Virus record (IMG/VR): IMGVR_UViG_3300035670_005636
DNA from: an uncultured virus (IMG/VR IMGVR_UViG_3300035670_005636)
Lineage: Duplodnaviria; Heunggongvirae; Uroviricota; Caudoviricetes
Length of the DNA stretch: 64,000 nucleotides
Strand: one strand, 5' to 3'
In this document: positions 38,169 to 48,230 of the stretch, piece after piece
Numbering within the stretch: position 1 is the first letter of the stretch
How the letters are laid out: each line of letters begins with the position of its first letter
The notes under the pieces: generated by a model
What the model was told of the DNA's origin: nothing
Database searches by the model: none
What the model saw: the letters and a program-made list of their open reading frames with translations, nothing else
Translations under genes and position numbers: made by a program

Positions 38169-40160
38169 CAAATCAATGTTCAATAACTATAACAAACAAC
38201 TATGACATTCTACGCTAACAATGCATTGATTATTGATCAAACATCGAGAGAAACTTTCTTTGCGAACGTTTTAATTTTTGGATCAAATAGTTCTTATTTG
38301 TTTGTTGATGATACTTTTCAAGGCACCGTGAGTGGTTATACAAGTGGTGGTTATCTAATACCAGGTAATTCAAACGTCATCGATAAGTTTCCTTTTGCAT
38401 CCAATGCAAATGCAACAGACGTTGGTGATTTGACTTTGGCTAGATATGGTCCTGCTGGACAATCTTCAACAGTTTCAGGTTACTCAAGTGGTGTCGGTAA
38501 TGTCATCGACAAGTTTCCTTTTGCATCCAATGCTAACGCTACAGACGTTGGTGATTTGACTCAGATTAGATCCTATCCAGCTGGCCAATCTTCACCAGTA
38601 TCTGGTTATTCAAGTGGTGGTTTTTCACCGGGAGGAACCACTAACGTCATCGACAAGTTTTCTTTTGCATCAGACGCTAACGCTACCGATGTTGGTGATT
38701 TGACTCAAGCAAGTCAAGGTCTTGCAGGACAATCTTCAACAGTTTCAGGTTATACAAGTGGTGGAGCTACTGTACCAGTAACCAACACCATCGACAAGTT
38801 TCCTTTTGCATCCAATGCTAACGCTACAGACGTTGGTGATTTGACTGTGGCTAGAAATTACTCAGCAGGCCAATCTTCAACAGTTTCTGGTTATGTAAGT
38901 GGTGGTTTTACATCATCTGGAGCCACTAACGTCATCGACAAGTTTTCTTTTGCAACCAATGCAAATGCTACTGACGTTGGTGATTTGTCTCGGGGTAGAT
39001 ATGGCGGTGGAGGTCAATCCTCAACAGTTTCTGGTTATGTAAGTGGTGGTAGTCCACCAAACGTCAACACCATCGACAAGTTTCCTTTTGCATCCAATGC
39101 TAACGCTACAGACGTTGGTGATTTGACTGCGATTAGAACTTTGTCAGCGGGACAACAAGATTAACAATATAACCAATAAACCATTATGACATTTACAGCA
39201 AACGGCACAACATTCATTGATTCAAGCAGAGGTGCAAACACTACTGCACTCAATGCTTTTGGTGAAAATTCTTACTTAGAAGTTTTGAGTTTGCCAAATG
39301 CTGTTGGCGAAACGAGTGGATATACAAGTGGTGGTTTTGTACCACCAGTCTCCAACGTCATTGACAAGTTTCCTTTTGCATCGGATGCAAGTGCTACAGA
39401 CGTTGGTGATTTAACTCAAGGTAGATATAGTCCAGCAGGGCAATCTTCAACAGTTTCTGGTTATACAAGTGGTGGTACACCAGGACCCGTTAACATCATC
39501 GACAAGTTTCCTTTTGCTTCAAACGCTAACGCATCAGACGTTGGTGATTTGACTGTGGCTAGAAGATATGCAGCGGGACAATCATCAACAGTTTCTGGCT
39601 ACTCAAGTGGTGGTTTCGCTTTACCGGGAACAACCAATACCATCGACAAGTTTCCTTTTGCTTCTAATGCGAATGCTACAGACGTTGGTGATTTGACTGT
39701 GGCTAGATATGATGCGGCAGGACAATCTTCAACAGTTTCTGGATATACGAGTGGTGGTACACCAGGAGCCAGCAACGTCATTGACAAGTTTCCTTTTGCT
39801 ACAGATGGTAACGCTACAGACGTTGGTGATTTGACTGTGGCTAGAATTGGACCAGCAGGTCAATCTTCAACAGTTTCTGGTTATTCAAGTGGTGGTTTTG
39901 TACCACCAGGAACCAATGTCATTGACAAGTTTCCTTTTGCGACGAATGCTAATGCTACAGACGTTGGTGATTTGACTGTGGCTAGATATTATTCAGCGGG
40001 GCAGTCTTCAACAGTTTCTGGTTATTCAAGTGGTGGTCAACCGGCGCCTGGTGCAGGTGGCACCAACACCATCGACAAGTTTTCTTTTGCATCGGATGCA
40101 AATGCTACAGACGTTGGTGATTTGACTGCGGCTAGACGTGGTAATGCAGGGCAACAAGAT
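37300..40160 (+). repeat. 18 coding repeats of ~140 nt (cluster A)
   Basis: Recurrent DNA blocks GACAAGTTTCCTTTTGC, GACGTTGGTGATTTGACT and CAATCTTCAACAGTTTC separated by variable segments. Confidence 0.95.
38202..39164 (+). CDS. six-repeat Kelch-like beta-propeller protein, paralogue 2
   Basis: Same repeat, six copies. Confidence 0.8.
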   Translation: MTFYANNALIIDQTSRETFFANVLIFGSNSSYLFVDDTFQGTVSGYTSGGYLIPGNSNVIDKFPFASNANATDVGDLTLARYGPAGQSSTVSGYSSGVGNVIDKFPFASNANATDVGDLTQIRSYPAGQSSPVSGYSSGGFSPGGTTNVIDKFSFASDANATDVGDLTQASQGLAGQSSTVSGYTSGGATVPVTNTIDKFPFASNANATDVGDLTVARNYSAGQSSTVSGYVSGGFTSSGATNVIDKFSFATNANATDVGDLSRGRYGGGGQSSTVSGYVSGGSPPNVNTIDKFPFASNANATDVGDLTAIRTLSAGQQD

Positions 40161-40163
40161 TAA
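39186..40163 (+). CDS. six-repeat Kelch-like beta-propeller protein, paralogue 3
   Basis: Same repeat, six copies. Confidence 0.8.
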   Translation: MTFTANGTTFIDSSRGANTTALNAFGENSYLEVLSLPNAVGETSGYTSGGFVPPVSNVIDKFPFASDASATDVGDLTQGRYSPAGQSSTVSGYTSGGTPGPVNIIDKFPFASNANASDVGDLTVARRYAAGQSSTVSGYSSGGFALPGTTNTIDKFPFASNANATDVGDLTVARYDAAGQSSTVSGYTSGGTPGASNVIDKFPFATDGNATDVGDLTVARIGPAGQSSTVSGYSSGGFVPPGTNVIDKFPFATNANATDVGDLTVARYYSAGQSSTVSGYSSGGQPAPGAGGTNTIDKFSFASDANATDVGDLTAARRGNAGQQD

Positions 40164-40227
40164 TAGAATTAACAACATTAACATAATTCATAAAATTAAC
40201 AAAATTAAAAATTAATACAATCAACAC

Positions 40228-40256
40228 TTGACACCAAATCAGAAAGCATATATAAT
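40228..40256 (+). promoter_or_regulatory. perfect-consensus sigma70 promoter with A-rich UP-like element
   Basis: TTGACA (40228-40233), 17 nt, TATAAT (40251-40256); A/T-rich tract at about 40165-40227. Confidence 0.85.
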
Positions 40257-40284
40257 GTAACTTTATAATTCTTTGTGATAATCT

Positions 40285-41118
40285 ATGAATATAATCCATT
40301 TTTGCGGTGGGTTGCCAAGGTCAGGCAGCACTTTGTTGATGAATCTTCTCCAACAAAATCCAAGAATATTTACGACAGGCACATGTGCGCTGTATGAAAT
40401 TCTTCGTGATAAAATTCTAATCAAATCAAGATACTCCGAAACATTCCAAGCAATGTCTACAGACCAAGCAGACAGAGCAATGTATGGGCTAATTCATGGT
40501 GCAACAAAAGGTTGGTTTGAAGGCTTAACAAACAAACCCATAGTCATTTCAAAACGCCACGGATGGTCTTCATTATTCCATTTATATCCAAAATCAAAAT
40601 ACATATGCTTGATTCGTGATTTGCGAGATGTTGTCGAAAGTTTTGAACGAGTCAACAATAAAACTTTAGCATTGCATACATACGCAGACTCACAAGTGAT
40701 GACTCCTGCAATGCATGTTCATGAAAAGTACAAATATTATTTTGATGAACCTAATGCATTTTCAGTCAATCTTCAAACTGAAATTCCACGAATGATGGAA
40801 GTCTTTCAGAGAACACCAGAAAAAGTGATGTTCATTCGATATGAAGATTTCACTAAAGAACCTTTATACATGCTGAAAAAACTTTATGCATTTTTGAATG
40901 AGAATTATTTTTCGCATGACTTGACCGACATCAAACAATCAGAATTATTTGAGCATGACCATGCATACTTCAGAGAGAAAACGGACCACGAAACTTTGCC
41001 GACCTTTAGATTTCATAGTGAACCAAAAAGAAATCTGCCAGAAAGTTTTCATAGCAGAGTGCTAAAAGAAAATCGCTGGTTCTATGAAGCATTTTATCCA
41101 AGTGAGATTTCAACATGA
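40285..41118 (+). CDS. sulfotransferase
   Basis: 5'-PSB 'GLPRSGSTLL', 3'-PB 'RDLRDVVES', 'IRYEDF...P'. Confidence 0.88.
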   Translation: MNIIHFCGGLPRSGSTLLMNLLQQNPRIFTTGTCALYEILRDKILIKSRYSETFQAMSTDQADRAMYGLIHGATKGWFEGLTNKPIVISKRHGWSSLFHLYPKSKYICLIRDLRDVVESFERVNNKTLALHTYADSQVMTPAMHVHEKYKYYFDEPNAFSVNLQTEIPRMMEVFQRTPEKVMFIRYEDFTKEPLYMLKKLYAFLNENYFSHDLTDIKQSELFEHDHAYFREKTDHETLPTFRFHSEPKRNLPESFHSRVLKENRWFYEAFYPSEIST

Positions 41119-41663
41119 TGAAAGAAAATTCAATCGATATATTTCCTACACGCATTTGGGGATTCATACTGAATGACCATAAGTATCAATCTGCTGATTA
41201 CATAGAAGCAATTGAAACGATTGAAAAGACTGAACCTTCAATGCGAATAAGTAATTTTGGTGGATATCAAACGCATCCAAATTTACATACCATTCCTGTT
41301 TTTCGTGAGTATGTGTCTGCTATACAAAATATAGTATCAAAATGCATTGACCATCCTGTTAAAATAACTGAGATGTGGGGTAATGTTAACTATAAGTATT
41401 GTCACAACGGCGCACATACTCACGGTGGTGCATTGTCGGGTGTATTTTATCTTAAAGCACCAGCAAATTGTGGAAGATTGATGCTATGTAATCCTGCTGT
41501 GAGAAGCGATGGTCAGTATATAAGACAGCCAAACTATCCAATTGTGCCTGAGAATCTTGCACTCATTATTTTTCCTAGTTGGTTAGAGCATTATGTAGAA
41601 CCAAATTTGAGTGATGAAAAGCGAATCAGCATTTCCTTTAATTTTGGAATCATTAAATCATGA
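41115..41663 (+). CDS. 2OG-Fe(II) oxygenase (TIGR02466-like)
   Basis: 'W.N.N', 'HTH...LSGVFYL', 'FPSWLEH.V.PN', 'RISISFN'. Confidence 0.85.
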   Translation: MMKENSIDIFPTRIWGFILNDHKYQSADYIEAIETIEKTEPSMRISNFGGYQTHPNLHTIPVFREYVSAIQNIVSKCIDHPVKITEMWGNVNYKYCHNGAHTHGGALSGVFYLKAPANCGRLMLCNPAVRSDGQYIRQPNYPIVPENLALIIFPSWLEHYVEPNLSDEKRISISFNFGIIKS

Positions 41664-42394
41664 GAAAACTGATTGCCGTATTGTGTACGGATGATTGGCA
41701 ACCAGAAATTAGAGCGATGACATTTCCTCTGTTTCGATATCATGCCGCTAAGATTGGTGCAGATTTTCATGTCATCAATGACAGAAAATTTCCTTCAAGT
41801 TATCCGCTATGTTATGAGCGATTTCAATTGTATGAGATTTCAAAACATTATGATTGGACTATTCAATTAGATGCAGACTTGCTTCTTCATCCAGACACAC
41901 CAGATTTTACACGGCATGTTGACAAGTCACAATTATTGATTTCATCTCCTGGATTTGCTTCAGACTCTTATCAGATGGATGAATATTTTCTCCGAGATAA
42001 AAGAGATGTTGGTGTCGGCGGTTTCATTACAATCAACTCTGATTGGACAAGAGACTTCTGGAAACCACCTGAAGATTTATCGCCTGAACAAGCGATGGCA
42101 AGATGCACACCAAGAACACATGAATGGCGAGATAGACAATTCTATCATGACCACATTGTGCTTGATTACATATTGAGTAGAAATGTTGCTAAGTATGGGC
42201 TTCAATATGTTACGTTACAGGATTTATTTACAAGAATGGTCGATGAAAAAAGAGCGAGTATCAAATGGATTGATGATTATGTGATGCATAATGGTGCTTT
42301 GAAATACCATGAAAAAATTATACACATCAAAAACTATCTGAATAAACATTGGAAGATTGATTTAAATCATCCGTACTTTAAAAAATATCTATGA
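41660..42394 (+). CDS. putative glycosyltransferase (GT-A, DxD)
   Basis: 'A.KIGADF', 'YDW.IQLDADLL' DxD motif. Confidence 0.6.
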   Translation: MRKLIAVLCTDDWQPEIRAMTFPLFRYHAAKIGADFHVINDRKFPSSYPLCYERFQLYEISKHYDWTIQLDADLLLHPDTPDFTRHVDKSQLLISSPGFASDSYQMDEYFLRDKRDVGVGGFITINSDWTRDFWKPPEDLSPEQAMARCTPRTHEWRDRQFYHDHIVLDYILSRNVAKYGLQYVTLQDLFTRMVDEKRASIKWIDDYVMHNGALKYHEKIIHIKNYLNKHWKIDLNHPYFKKYL

Positions 42395-43173
42395 TTACAT
42401 TGATTGGGCATGGCTACATCGGCACACACATAGCCAAACGATTGAGAAACTTTGAATGGATCTCACATAAAGATGTGCCGAATAAGCATACAAAATTTAT
42501 CATCAATGCAACAGGATACATCGGATATCCAAATGTAGAATCGTGCGAAACAAATCGACAGATATGTATGGAAGCAAATGTTCTTTATCCGCTTTCGTTA
42601 GAGTATCAATATGATGTGCCTATATTACATATCACATCGGGTTGTGTCTATCAAGGATATCCTGAGAATGGATGGAAAGAAACGGATGAGCCAAATTTAA
42701 ATTTTGATACAGGTCCTTTCTATAGCGGTTGTAAAAATTTATTTCAAACATTGATGAAACCATATCTGAATAAGTCTTATGTGTTTCGAATAAGAATACC
42801 ATTTGATGATTTGCCAAATCGAAAGAATCTATTGTACAAATTAGAAAATTATGATACCATTGTGAATTATAAAAACAGTATCACATGCATTGATGATTTA
42901 ATTGGATGTGTTCTTCTTTTTATTAAAAGTTTTCCACCGTTCGGCATATATAATATTGTAAACAAAGGAATTATTTCAAATAAAGAAATAGCGGAAAGAA
43001 TGGAATTGAATGATAAGATTTTTGTCTCACCAAATGAATTTGAAAAGAATTCTACAATTGTACGAAGTTCTTGTAGTTTGAATACAGAAAAAATAGAAAA
43101 AATTTATCTGATGCCATCAATACATGACGCACTGGATAACACAATAGTTCATTATAGGAAAAACAGATTATGA
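42391..43173 (+). CDS. NDP-sugar epimerase/reductase (RmlD or NRS/ER-like SDR)
   Basis: 'GHGYIG', 'NATGYIG.PNVESCE', 'SGC.Y', catalytic 'YSGCK', 'RIRIPF'. Confidence 0.8.
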   Translation: MITLIGHGYIGTHIAKRLRNFEWISHKDVPNKHTKFIINATGYIGYPNVESCETNRQICMEANVLYPLSLEYQYDVPILHITSGCVYQGYPENGWKETDEPNLNFDTGPFYSGCKNLFQTLMKPYLNKSYVFRIRIPFDDLPNRKNLLYKLENYDTIVNYKNSITCIDDLIGCVLLFIKSFPPFGIYNIVNKGIISNKEIAERMELNDKIFVSPNEFEKNSTIVRSSCSLNTEKIEKIYLMPSIHDALDNTIVHYRKNRL

Positions 43174-44447
43174 GTCAGACTAAAGAGTATTTTGATAAAA
43201 ATGGTTATGTTGTTTTAAAAGATGCTTTGTCAAAGGACCAGTGCAATCATTTGGTCAAACATATGTTTGCACTTCATGAGCAAGGTAAACTTGTCAAAGA
43301 TGACCAGTGCCCGCTTTCAGATGCGGTTTATGGTGATCCAATTTTTGATGAGATTCTCCAGAAATTTGCGAAACCAATTGGTGATGCTGTAGGTAGAACG
43401 CTGCTGCCAACGTACACATACGCAAGAATTTATCGAAATGGTGAAATTCTCAAGAAGCATAAAGACAGACCTGCATGTGAAATCTCTGCAACGATGACGC
43501 TAGGCTTTGATGCTAAGCCTGTTTGGCCTATCTTTTTTGATGAAGAAAAAGAAATACCTGTATCAATGGAGCAAGGTGAGTTAGCAGTTTATAAAGGATG
43601 TGAAATTCTACATTGGAGACCTGCATTCAAAGGTCAATGGCACGTTCAAGTGTTCTTTCACTATGTAGATGCAAACGGACCTTATAAGGATCATGTTCGT
43701 GATGGCAGAGAAACATATGGTATACAAAAACATTCTAACGTCAAAGCATATGAAGCGGCTAATCCCAAACCACCTGTATTGAAACACGAAATTGCTAATG
43801 ATATACAATTTAAAAAGCCTGTATTCAATACGATTACAATACCTAGCAACGAAAAATTCTTTCCTGGTTATTTTTGTATTGAAAATGAGAATCTACCACA
43901 ACTTAGATTTACACCACAAGAGTGCCAGAGAATTATTGATTTGACAAAGCAAGTATATCCTAGTTCAGCAAGTGTAGGCGGATCTTCAGACAACAGTCGA
44001 ATTGCAAGAGAGATTCGGTCAGCAAATATTTTTGTTCTAGAAAATGACGAAGAGAACCGATGGATCTACGAAAAAGTTGCAAATGTTATATCAATCGTCA
44101 ACACATTACATTTTGATTATGACATTGTAGGCATCACACATGGGCTTCAATTGATTGAATACAAAGCGGATACACCAGTTCAAGGGCACTATAATTGGCA
44201 TGTTGACGCAGGAAATGGTGAGCCTGTTCATCGAAAAATATCCTTTACTGCACAATTGTCAGACCCTTCTGATTATGAGAACTGTGAACTCATTATAAAT
44301 AATCACGGTACTGAAATCGTAGGAACAAAAGAAAGAGGTTCCATTCATTTATTTCCAAGTTACATGCCGCATAAAGTAGCACCGATTACAAAAGGTGTCC
44401 GTTATGCATTAGTTATTTGGATTCATGGATCTAAACGTTTCCGATAA
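43170..44447 (+). CDS. tandem double 2OG-Fe(II) oxygenase (prolyl-hydroxylase/PKHD-like)
   Basis: Domain 1 'YARIY..GE.LKKHKDRPACEIS...HWR'; domain 2 'YNWHVD...RKIS...FPSYMPH.V.PIT.GVRY.LV.W'. Confidence 0.88.
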   Translation: MSQTKEYFDKNGYVVLKDALSKDQCNHLVKHMFALHEQGKLVKDDQCPLSDAVYGDPIFDEILQKFAKPIGDAVGRTLLPTYTYARIYRNGEILKKHKDRPACEISATMTLGFDAKPVWPIFFDEEKEIPVSMEQGELAVYKGCEILHWRPAFKGQWHVQVFFHYVDANGPYKDHVRDGRETYGIQKHSNVKAYEAANPKPPVLKHEIANDIQFKKPVFNTITIPSNEKFFPGYFCIENENLPQLRFTPQECQRIIDLTKQVYPSSASVGGSSDNSRIAREIRSANIFVLENDEENRWIYEKVANVISIVNTLHFDYDIVGITHGLQLIEYKADTPVQGHYNWHVDAGNGEPVHRKISFTAQLSDPSDYENCELIINNHGTEIVGTKERGSIHLFPSYMPHKVAPITKGVRYALVIWIHGSKRFR

Positions 44448-44464
44448 AATAAAAGGAGATACAT

Positions 44465-44812
44465 ATGGCAGTTGTAGAATATAAACATCATGTTTACTTA
44501 GGTGACCATAGAAGACACATTCCAGGATTCATCACTGACGGTGAACACTGGTACAATCCAACCAATCATACTATGGTTGGTTGGGCAAATGATAATGCAG
44601 ACTATTATGTGCCTTGGTCTACGCTTAAAGTTTTGACAAAAGAAGATATTGTTCAAAGAGTTATAGCATTACATAATCAAAATCCTATTATGGTTCAAGA
44701 CAATTCTAATCCTGAAGTGCCTATGGGCATGAGAGCATTAGCAAATGAAGCGGAAGTTAGAACTCATGCTGAAGCATGGTATGATGCGTATGTAGCAAGA
44801 AATTCTGCGTAA
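44465..44812 (+). CDS. hypothetical protein
   Basis: 115-aa ORF with strong AAGGAG SD. Confidence 0.7.
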   Translation: MAVVEYKHHVYLGDHRRHIPGFITDGEHWYNPTNHTMVGWANDNADYYVPWSTLKVLTKEDIVQRVIALHNQNPIMVQDNSNPEVPMGMRALANEAEVRTHAEAWYDAYVARNSA

Positions 44813-44815
44813 TCT

Positions 44816-45559
44816 ATGAATCATTATGAGAAGGTTGCTACATTAAAACGATTCACAGATAGCATAGGTACAGTATACGGTACAGAAGATTTTGCGATTT
44901 ATTTGTATAGCATTATAAAAATGACAAAGCCAAAAACGGTGCTTGAATTAGGCACTGGTTTTGGCACAACAACATTATGGGCAGCACTAGGGCTACAAGA
45001 AAACAATTCAGGCGTTATACACACCGTTGACGACGGCAGTGAATGGGAAATATTGAGAAAAGCAAAACATCTTTTTGAAACATATTATAGAGAAGATTAT
45101 AAAGTTTACATATACGATTTGATTCAGCAGTTTGACTTTTCAAATCAGATTTCGTTTTATCATCAAAAAATTACCAAAATTAATTATTTGAATGAGATTG
45201 ATATACTATTTTGTGATTACTCTCATGGACCATACTCAGTTATCAAATTATTTACTGACTATCTAAGCCGCATGAGTGAAAATAGTTATATCTTTATTGA
45301 CTCAGCGTCTACATACTATCAATCATATCATACACTTGAAGCAATGATATCATATTTTAATGCGGGTAAAATACCTAAAACTGTTTATGAAATGATTGAT
45401 GGCGCTGATTTACAAGCATTTCATCAACGCATGATGACTTCAAAATTTGAACTGTCACATTTGATTGAAAACAAACAAAGAAACCAAAACAGCACAGCAC
45501 AAATTAAAATATCTCCGATTGACATCATGCCACAACCTAGAGTGAGTATCCGATTTTGA
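44816..45559 (+). CDS. class I SAM-dependent methyltransferase (Methyltransf_24-like)
   Basis: 'KPKTVLELGTGFGTTT', 'TVDD', 'IDILFCD.SH'. Confidence 0.8.
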   Translation: MNHYEKVATLKRFTDSIGTVYGTEDFAIYLYSIIKMTKPKTVLELGTGFGTTTLWAALGLQENNSGVIHTVDDGSEWEILRKAKHLFETYYREDYKVYIYDLIQQFDFSNQISFYHQKITKINYLNEIDILFCDYSHGPYSVIKLFTDYLSRMSENSYIFIDSASTYYQSYHTLEAMISYFNAGKIPKTVYEMIDGADLQAFHQRMMTSKFELSHLIENKQRNQNSTAQIKISPIDIMPQPRVSIRF

Positions 45560-46101
45560 TTAAAGTATTAGATGATGTGATTTCAAATAAGTATTCACAA
45601 TTTTTATTTGATGAGATTGTGAAAGTTCCTTGGACTTTTGTGCCAAATCTTTCTTATGGTAATACGGATAACTATGATGCTGCTGGTTTTTCTTATTCAT
45701 TCTATCTTCATGAAAACTTCAATCGAAAAGAAAAAAGAACAATCGAAAATCCAGAATATAAGTATGTTGCACCAATGCTTCTTTCAGCGTTTGATGCGTT
45801 TGCTTTGAATGCGACACTTGAAAATGTGTTTAGATCCAGAGTAAGACTGACACTAAATCGTGAAAAATCTGTAGCGGAAGATAAGCATGTAGACTATAAT
45901 TTTTCGCATTTGGTCCTTCTTTACTACATAAATACTACGGACGGAAATACGGTGCTATATGATGGTGATACCATTATTGAAAGTATATCACCTAAACGTG
46001 GGCGATGCGTACTCTTTGATGGTTCAATTGTTCATGCATCGTCATCTTCGACGTTAGCACCAAGACTGGTGTTAAACACAAACATTATATTTTATAAATA
46101 G
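45556..46101 (+). CDS. 2OG-Fe(II) oxygenase
   Basis: 'HVD', 'LYYIN.TDG.T', 'PKRGR.VLFDG...HASS', 'R.VLN'. Confidence 0.8.
   Translation: MIKVLDDVISNKYSQFLFDEIVKVPWTFVPNLSYGNTDNYDAAGFSYSFYLHENFNRKEKRTIENPEYKYVAPMLLSAFDAFALNATLENVFRSRVRLTLNREKSVAEDKHVDYNFSHLVLLYYINTTDGNTVLYDGDTIIESISPKRGRCVLFDGSIVHASSSSTLAPRLVLNTNIIFYK
46093..46100 (+). promoter_or_regulatory. T4-type late promoter
   Basis: TATAAATA upstream of the ORF at 46123. Confidence 0.75.
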
Positions 46102-46122
46102 AACATTACAGGAGATTGAATA

Positions 46123-47070
46123 ATGACTGAGGAAAATAAGAATGCATTAAGCACTGAGGTTGCAGTCTTTGAAGAAATTCGAAGAGACTTAGCAATTCGG
46201 AGCAATGAAGTGAAAGTTCCTATGGCAATGGTATTTGGTCGTGGAACAACAGGCGGAAATCTTCAGAGTTTCGGTGGAAAATCTTTAGCAGAAAACACAC
46301 AAAAAGTTGACTACGCTTTAGCAAACGTCGGCGAACTTCAGACAATTTGGAATCATAGCCACACACAGTGGATGTGGAAGCATTTGAATTTAAGTTGGCA
46401 TGAACCAATGCGAAACATGCGTCAAATTGCTGCTGAAACAACAAGAAAGAAAGGAGCATTGAACGAAGCAAAATGGCGTCAAGTTGAAGCAGAAATCAAA
46501 ATTCGAAAAATCGAAGACGAACTTGAGAAAGGTACCGCTGATGGTACAATTGACTACTGGCGTGAAGTTGAACTCAAAGTCAAACTTGCTAAGTTGAAAG
46601 AAGGCATTGCTGAAGGCATTGTTGTCATTGAAGGTGCTATGAAAGATATATTGGTTCTCAATGAACTTTATGAGCAACTAAAAGAAAAGGTTTCAGGTTT
46701 CTCTGAAGCAGACGTTGAAAAAGAAGAAACAAAGAGTCATTTGAAACGTGCTTTAATTCAGAGCATTCGTGATGTTCGAATGTCTGGTGCAATCACAAAA
46801 GCGGAGCAAGAATACATCGAACAGATTGGTATCAATCCTATGAAACTTCAAGGATTGCTTCGTGCGTATGTTGACAGTGAAGCAAAATCAGACACATGGG
46901 ACATAAGTGGTCTGTATGAATTTGTTGATAAGTTAACCGATGAATTGGTTGAAGTCTACAAAGTTGATGAAAAGCGCATGGCACTTCAAGGATTCAGTAC
47001 AAGTATTTTTGAAGAATTTGCACAATCAGAAAAACTTGCACTTCTTGCAAAACCTGAGGAGAAAGCGTAA
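46123..47070 (+). CDS. hypothetical alpha-helical/coiled-coil protein
   Basis: 315 aa, Glu/Lys-rich heptads, AGGAG SD, late promoter upstream. Confidence 0.75.
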   Translation: MTEENKNALSTEVAVFEEIRRDLAIRSNEVKVPMAMVFGRGTTGGNLQSFGGKSLAENTQKVDYALANVGELQTIWNHSHTQWMWKHLNLSWHEPMRNMRQIAAETTRKKGALNEAKWRQVEAEIKIRKIEDELEKGTADGTIDYWREVELKVKLAKLKEGIAEGIVVIEGAMKDILVLNELYEQLKEKVSGFSEADVEKEETKSHLKRALIQSIRDVRMSGAITKAEQEYIEQIGINPMKLQGLLRAYVDSEAKSDTWDISGLYEFVDKLTDELVEVYKVDEKRMALQGFSTSIFEEFAQSEKLALLAKPEEKA

Positions 47071-47204
47071 TGCCTCCGATGATGTTAGCAAAGAAAATTT
47101 TAGATTTGGATGAGCAAGAACTAATTAAAGTTCTAAGACAATTGGAAATGGAAGACAGAGATTTATATAATACACTCAAAGAAAAAATCGAAGACATACT
47201 TTAA
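47070..47204 (+). CDS. small hypothetical protein (44 aa, not in the supplied ORF track)
   Basis: TAATG stop/start overlap with the upstream gene, GAGGAG SD; MPPMMLAKKILDLDEQELIKVLRQLEMEDRDLYNTLKEKIEDIL. Confidence 0.6.
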   Translation: MPPMMLAKKILDLDEQELIKVLRQLEMEDRDLYNTLKEKIEDIL

Positions 47205-47216
47205 AGACAAGAAGAG

Positions 47217-48230
47217 ATGACAATCCGCTTTAAAAAAGATAGAATTGAATTTGAGAACGGTGCAAATTCTTTTATTTTACTTGAGGAATCAGGCGGATTT
47301 GCTTTCACAGGAAGAATGGCTGCAACAGTGGTTGCAGCCGCCTTTCAAGGCACTGTGAGTGGTTATACAAGTGGCGGTTATGCTGTGCCATTCTCTAACG
47401 TCATTGACAAGTTTCCTTTTGCTTCAAATGCAAATGCGACAGACGTTGGTGATTTGACTCAAGGTAGATATGGTGCAGCAGGGCAATCTTCGTCAGTGTC
47501 TGGTTATACAAGTGGCGGTGGGGCAGCTCCAGGAATCGTCAACACCATCGACAAGTTTTCTTTTGCTACCAATGCGAACGCTACAAATGTTGGCGGCCTG
47601 TATTATGCCAGACGATATATTGCAGGACAATCTTCAACAGTTTCTGGATATACAACCTCTGGCAACAATCCGCCTGTACCGCAGGCAGGCTTTGCTATCG
47701 ACAAGTTTCCTTTTGCAACCGATGCAAACGCTGCAAATCTTGCTCAATTGAGTGTGAGTAGATATGGTGCAGCAAGTCAATCATCAACAGTTTCTGGTTA
47801 TGCAAGTGGTGGTAATCCAGGAGCACCATCTCACTCTAATGTCATTGACAAGTTTTCTTTTGCGTCCAGTGCGAATGCATCAGACGTTGGTGATTTGACT
47901 GTGGCTAGATATTATGTGGCTGGGCAATCTTCAACAGTTTCTGGTTATGCAAGTGGTGGTACTGCTTTACCAGGAACTACCAACGTCATCGACAAGTTTC
48001 CTTTTGCGTCAAATGCTAACGCAACTGATGTCGGTGATTTGACTCAGGGTAGATATCAGTCAGCAGGCCAATCTTCAACAGTTTCTGGTTATACAAGTGG
48101 TGGTCAAACAGCAGCACCATCAGCCGTCAACACCATCGACAAGTTTCCTTTTGCATCAGATGCGAATGCATCAGACGTTGGTGATTTGACTCAGGCTAGA
48201 CGATTCGGTGCAGCGGGGCAACAATTCTAA
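47217..48230 (+). CDS. six-repeat Kelch-like beta-propeller protein, paralogue 4
   Basis: Six repeats, the third more divergent. Confidence 0.8.
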   Translation: MTIRFKKDRIEFENGANSFILLEESGGFAFTGRMAATVVAAAFQGTVSGYTSGGYAVPFSNVIDKFPFASNANATDVGDLTQGRYGAAGQSSSVSGYTSGGGAAPGIVNTIDKFSFATNANATNVGGLYYARRYIAGQSSTVSGYTTSGNNPPVPQAGFAIDKFPFATDANAANLAQLSVSRYGAASQSSTVSGYASGGNPGAPSHSNVIDKFSFASSANASDVGDLTVARYYVAGQSSTVSGYASGGTALPGTTNVIDKFPFASNANATDVGDLTQGRYQSAGQSSTVSGYTSGGQTAAPSAVNTIDKFPFASDANASDVGDLTQARRFGAAGQQF

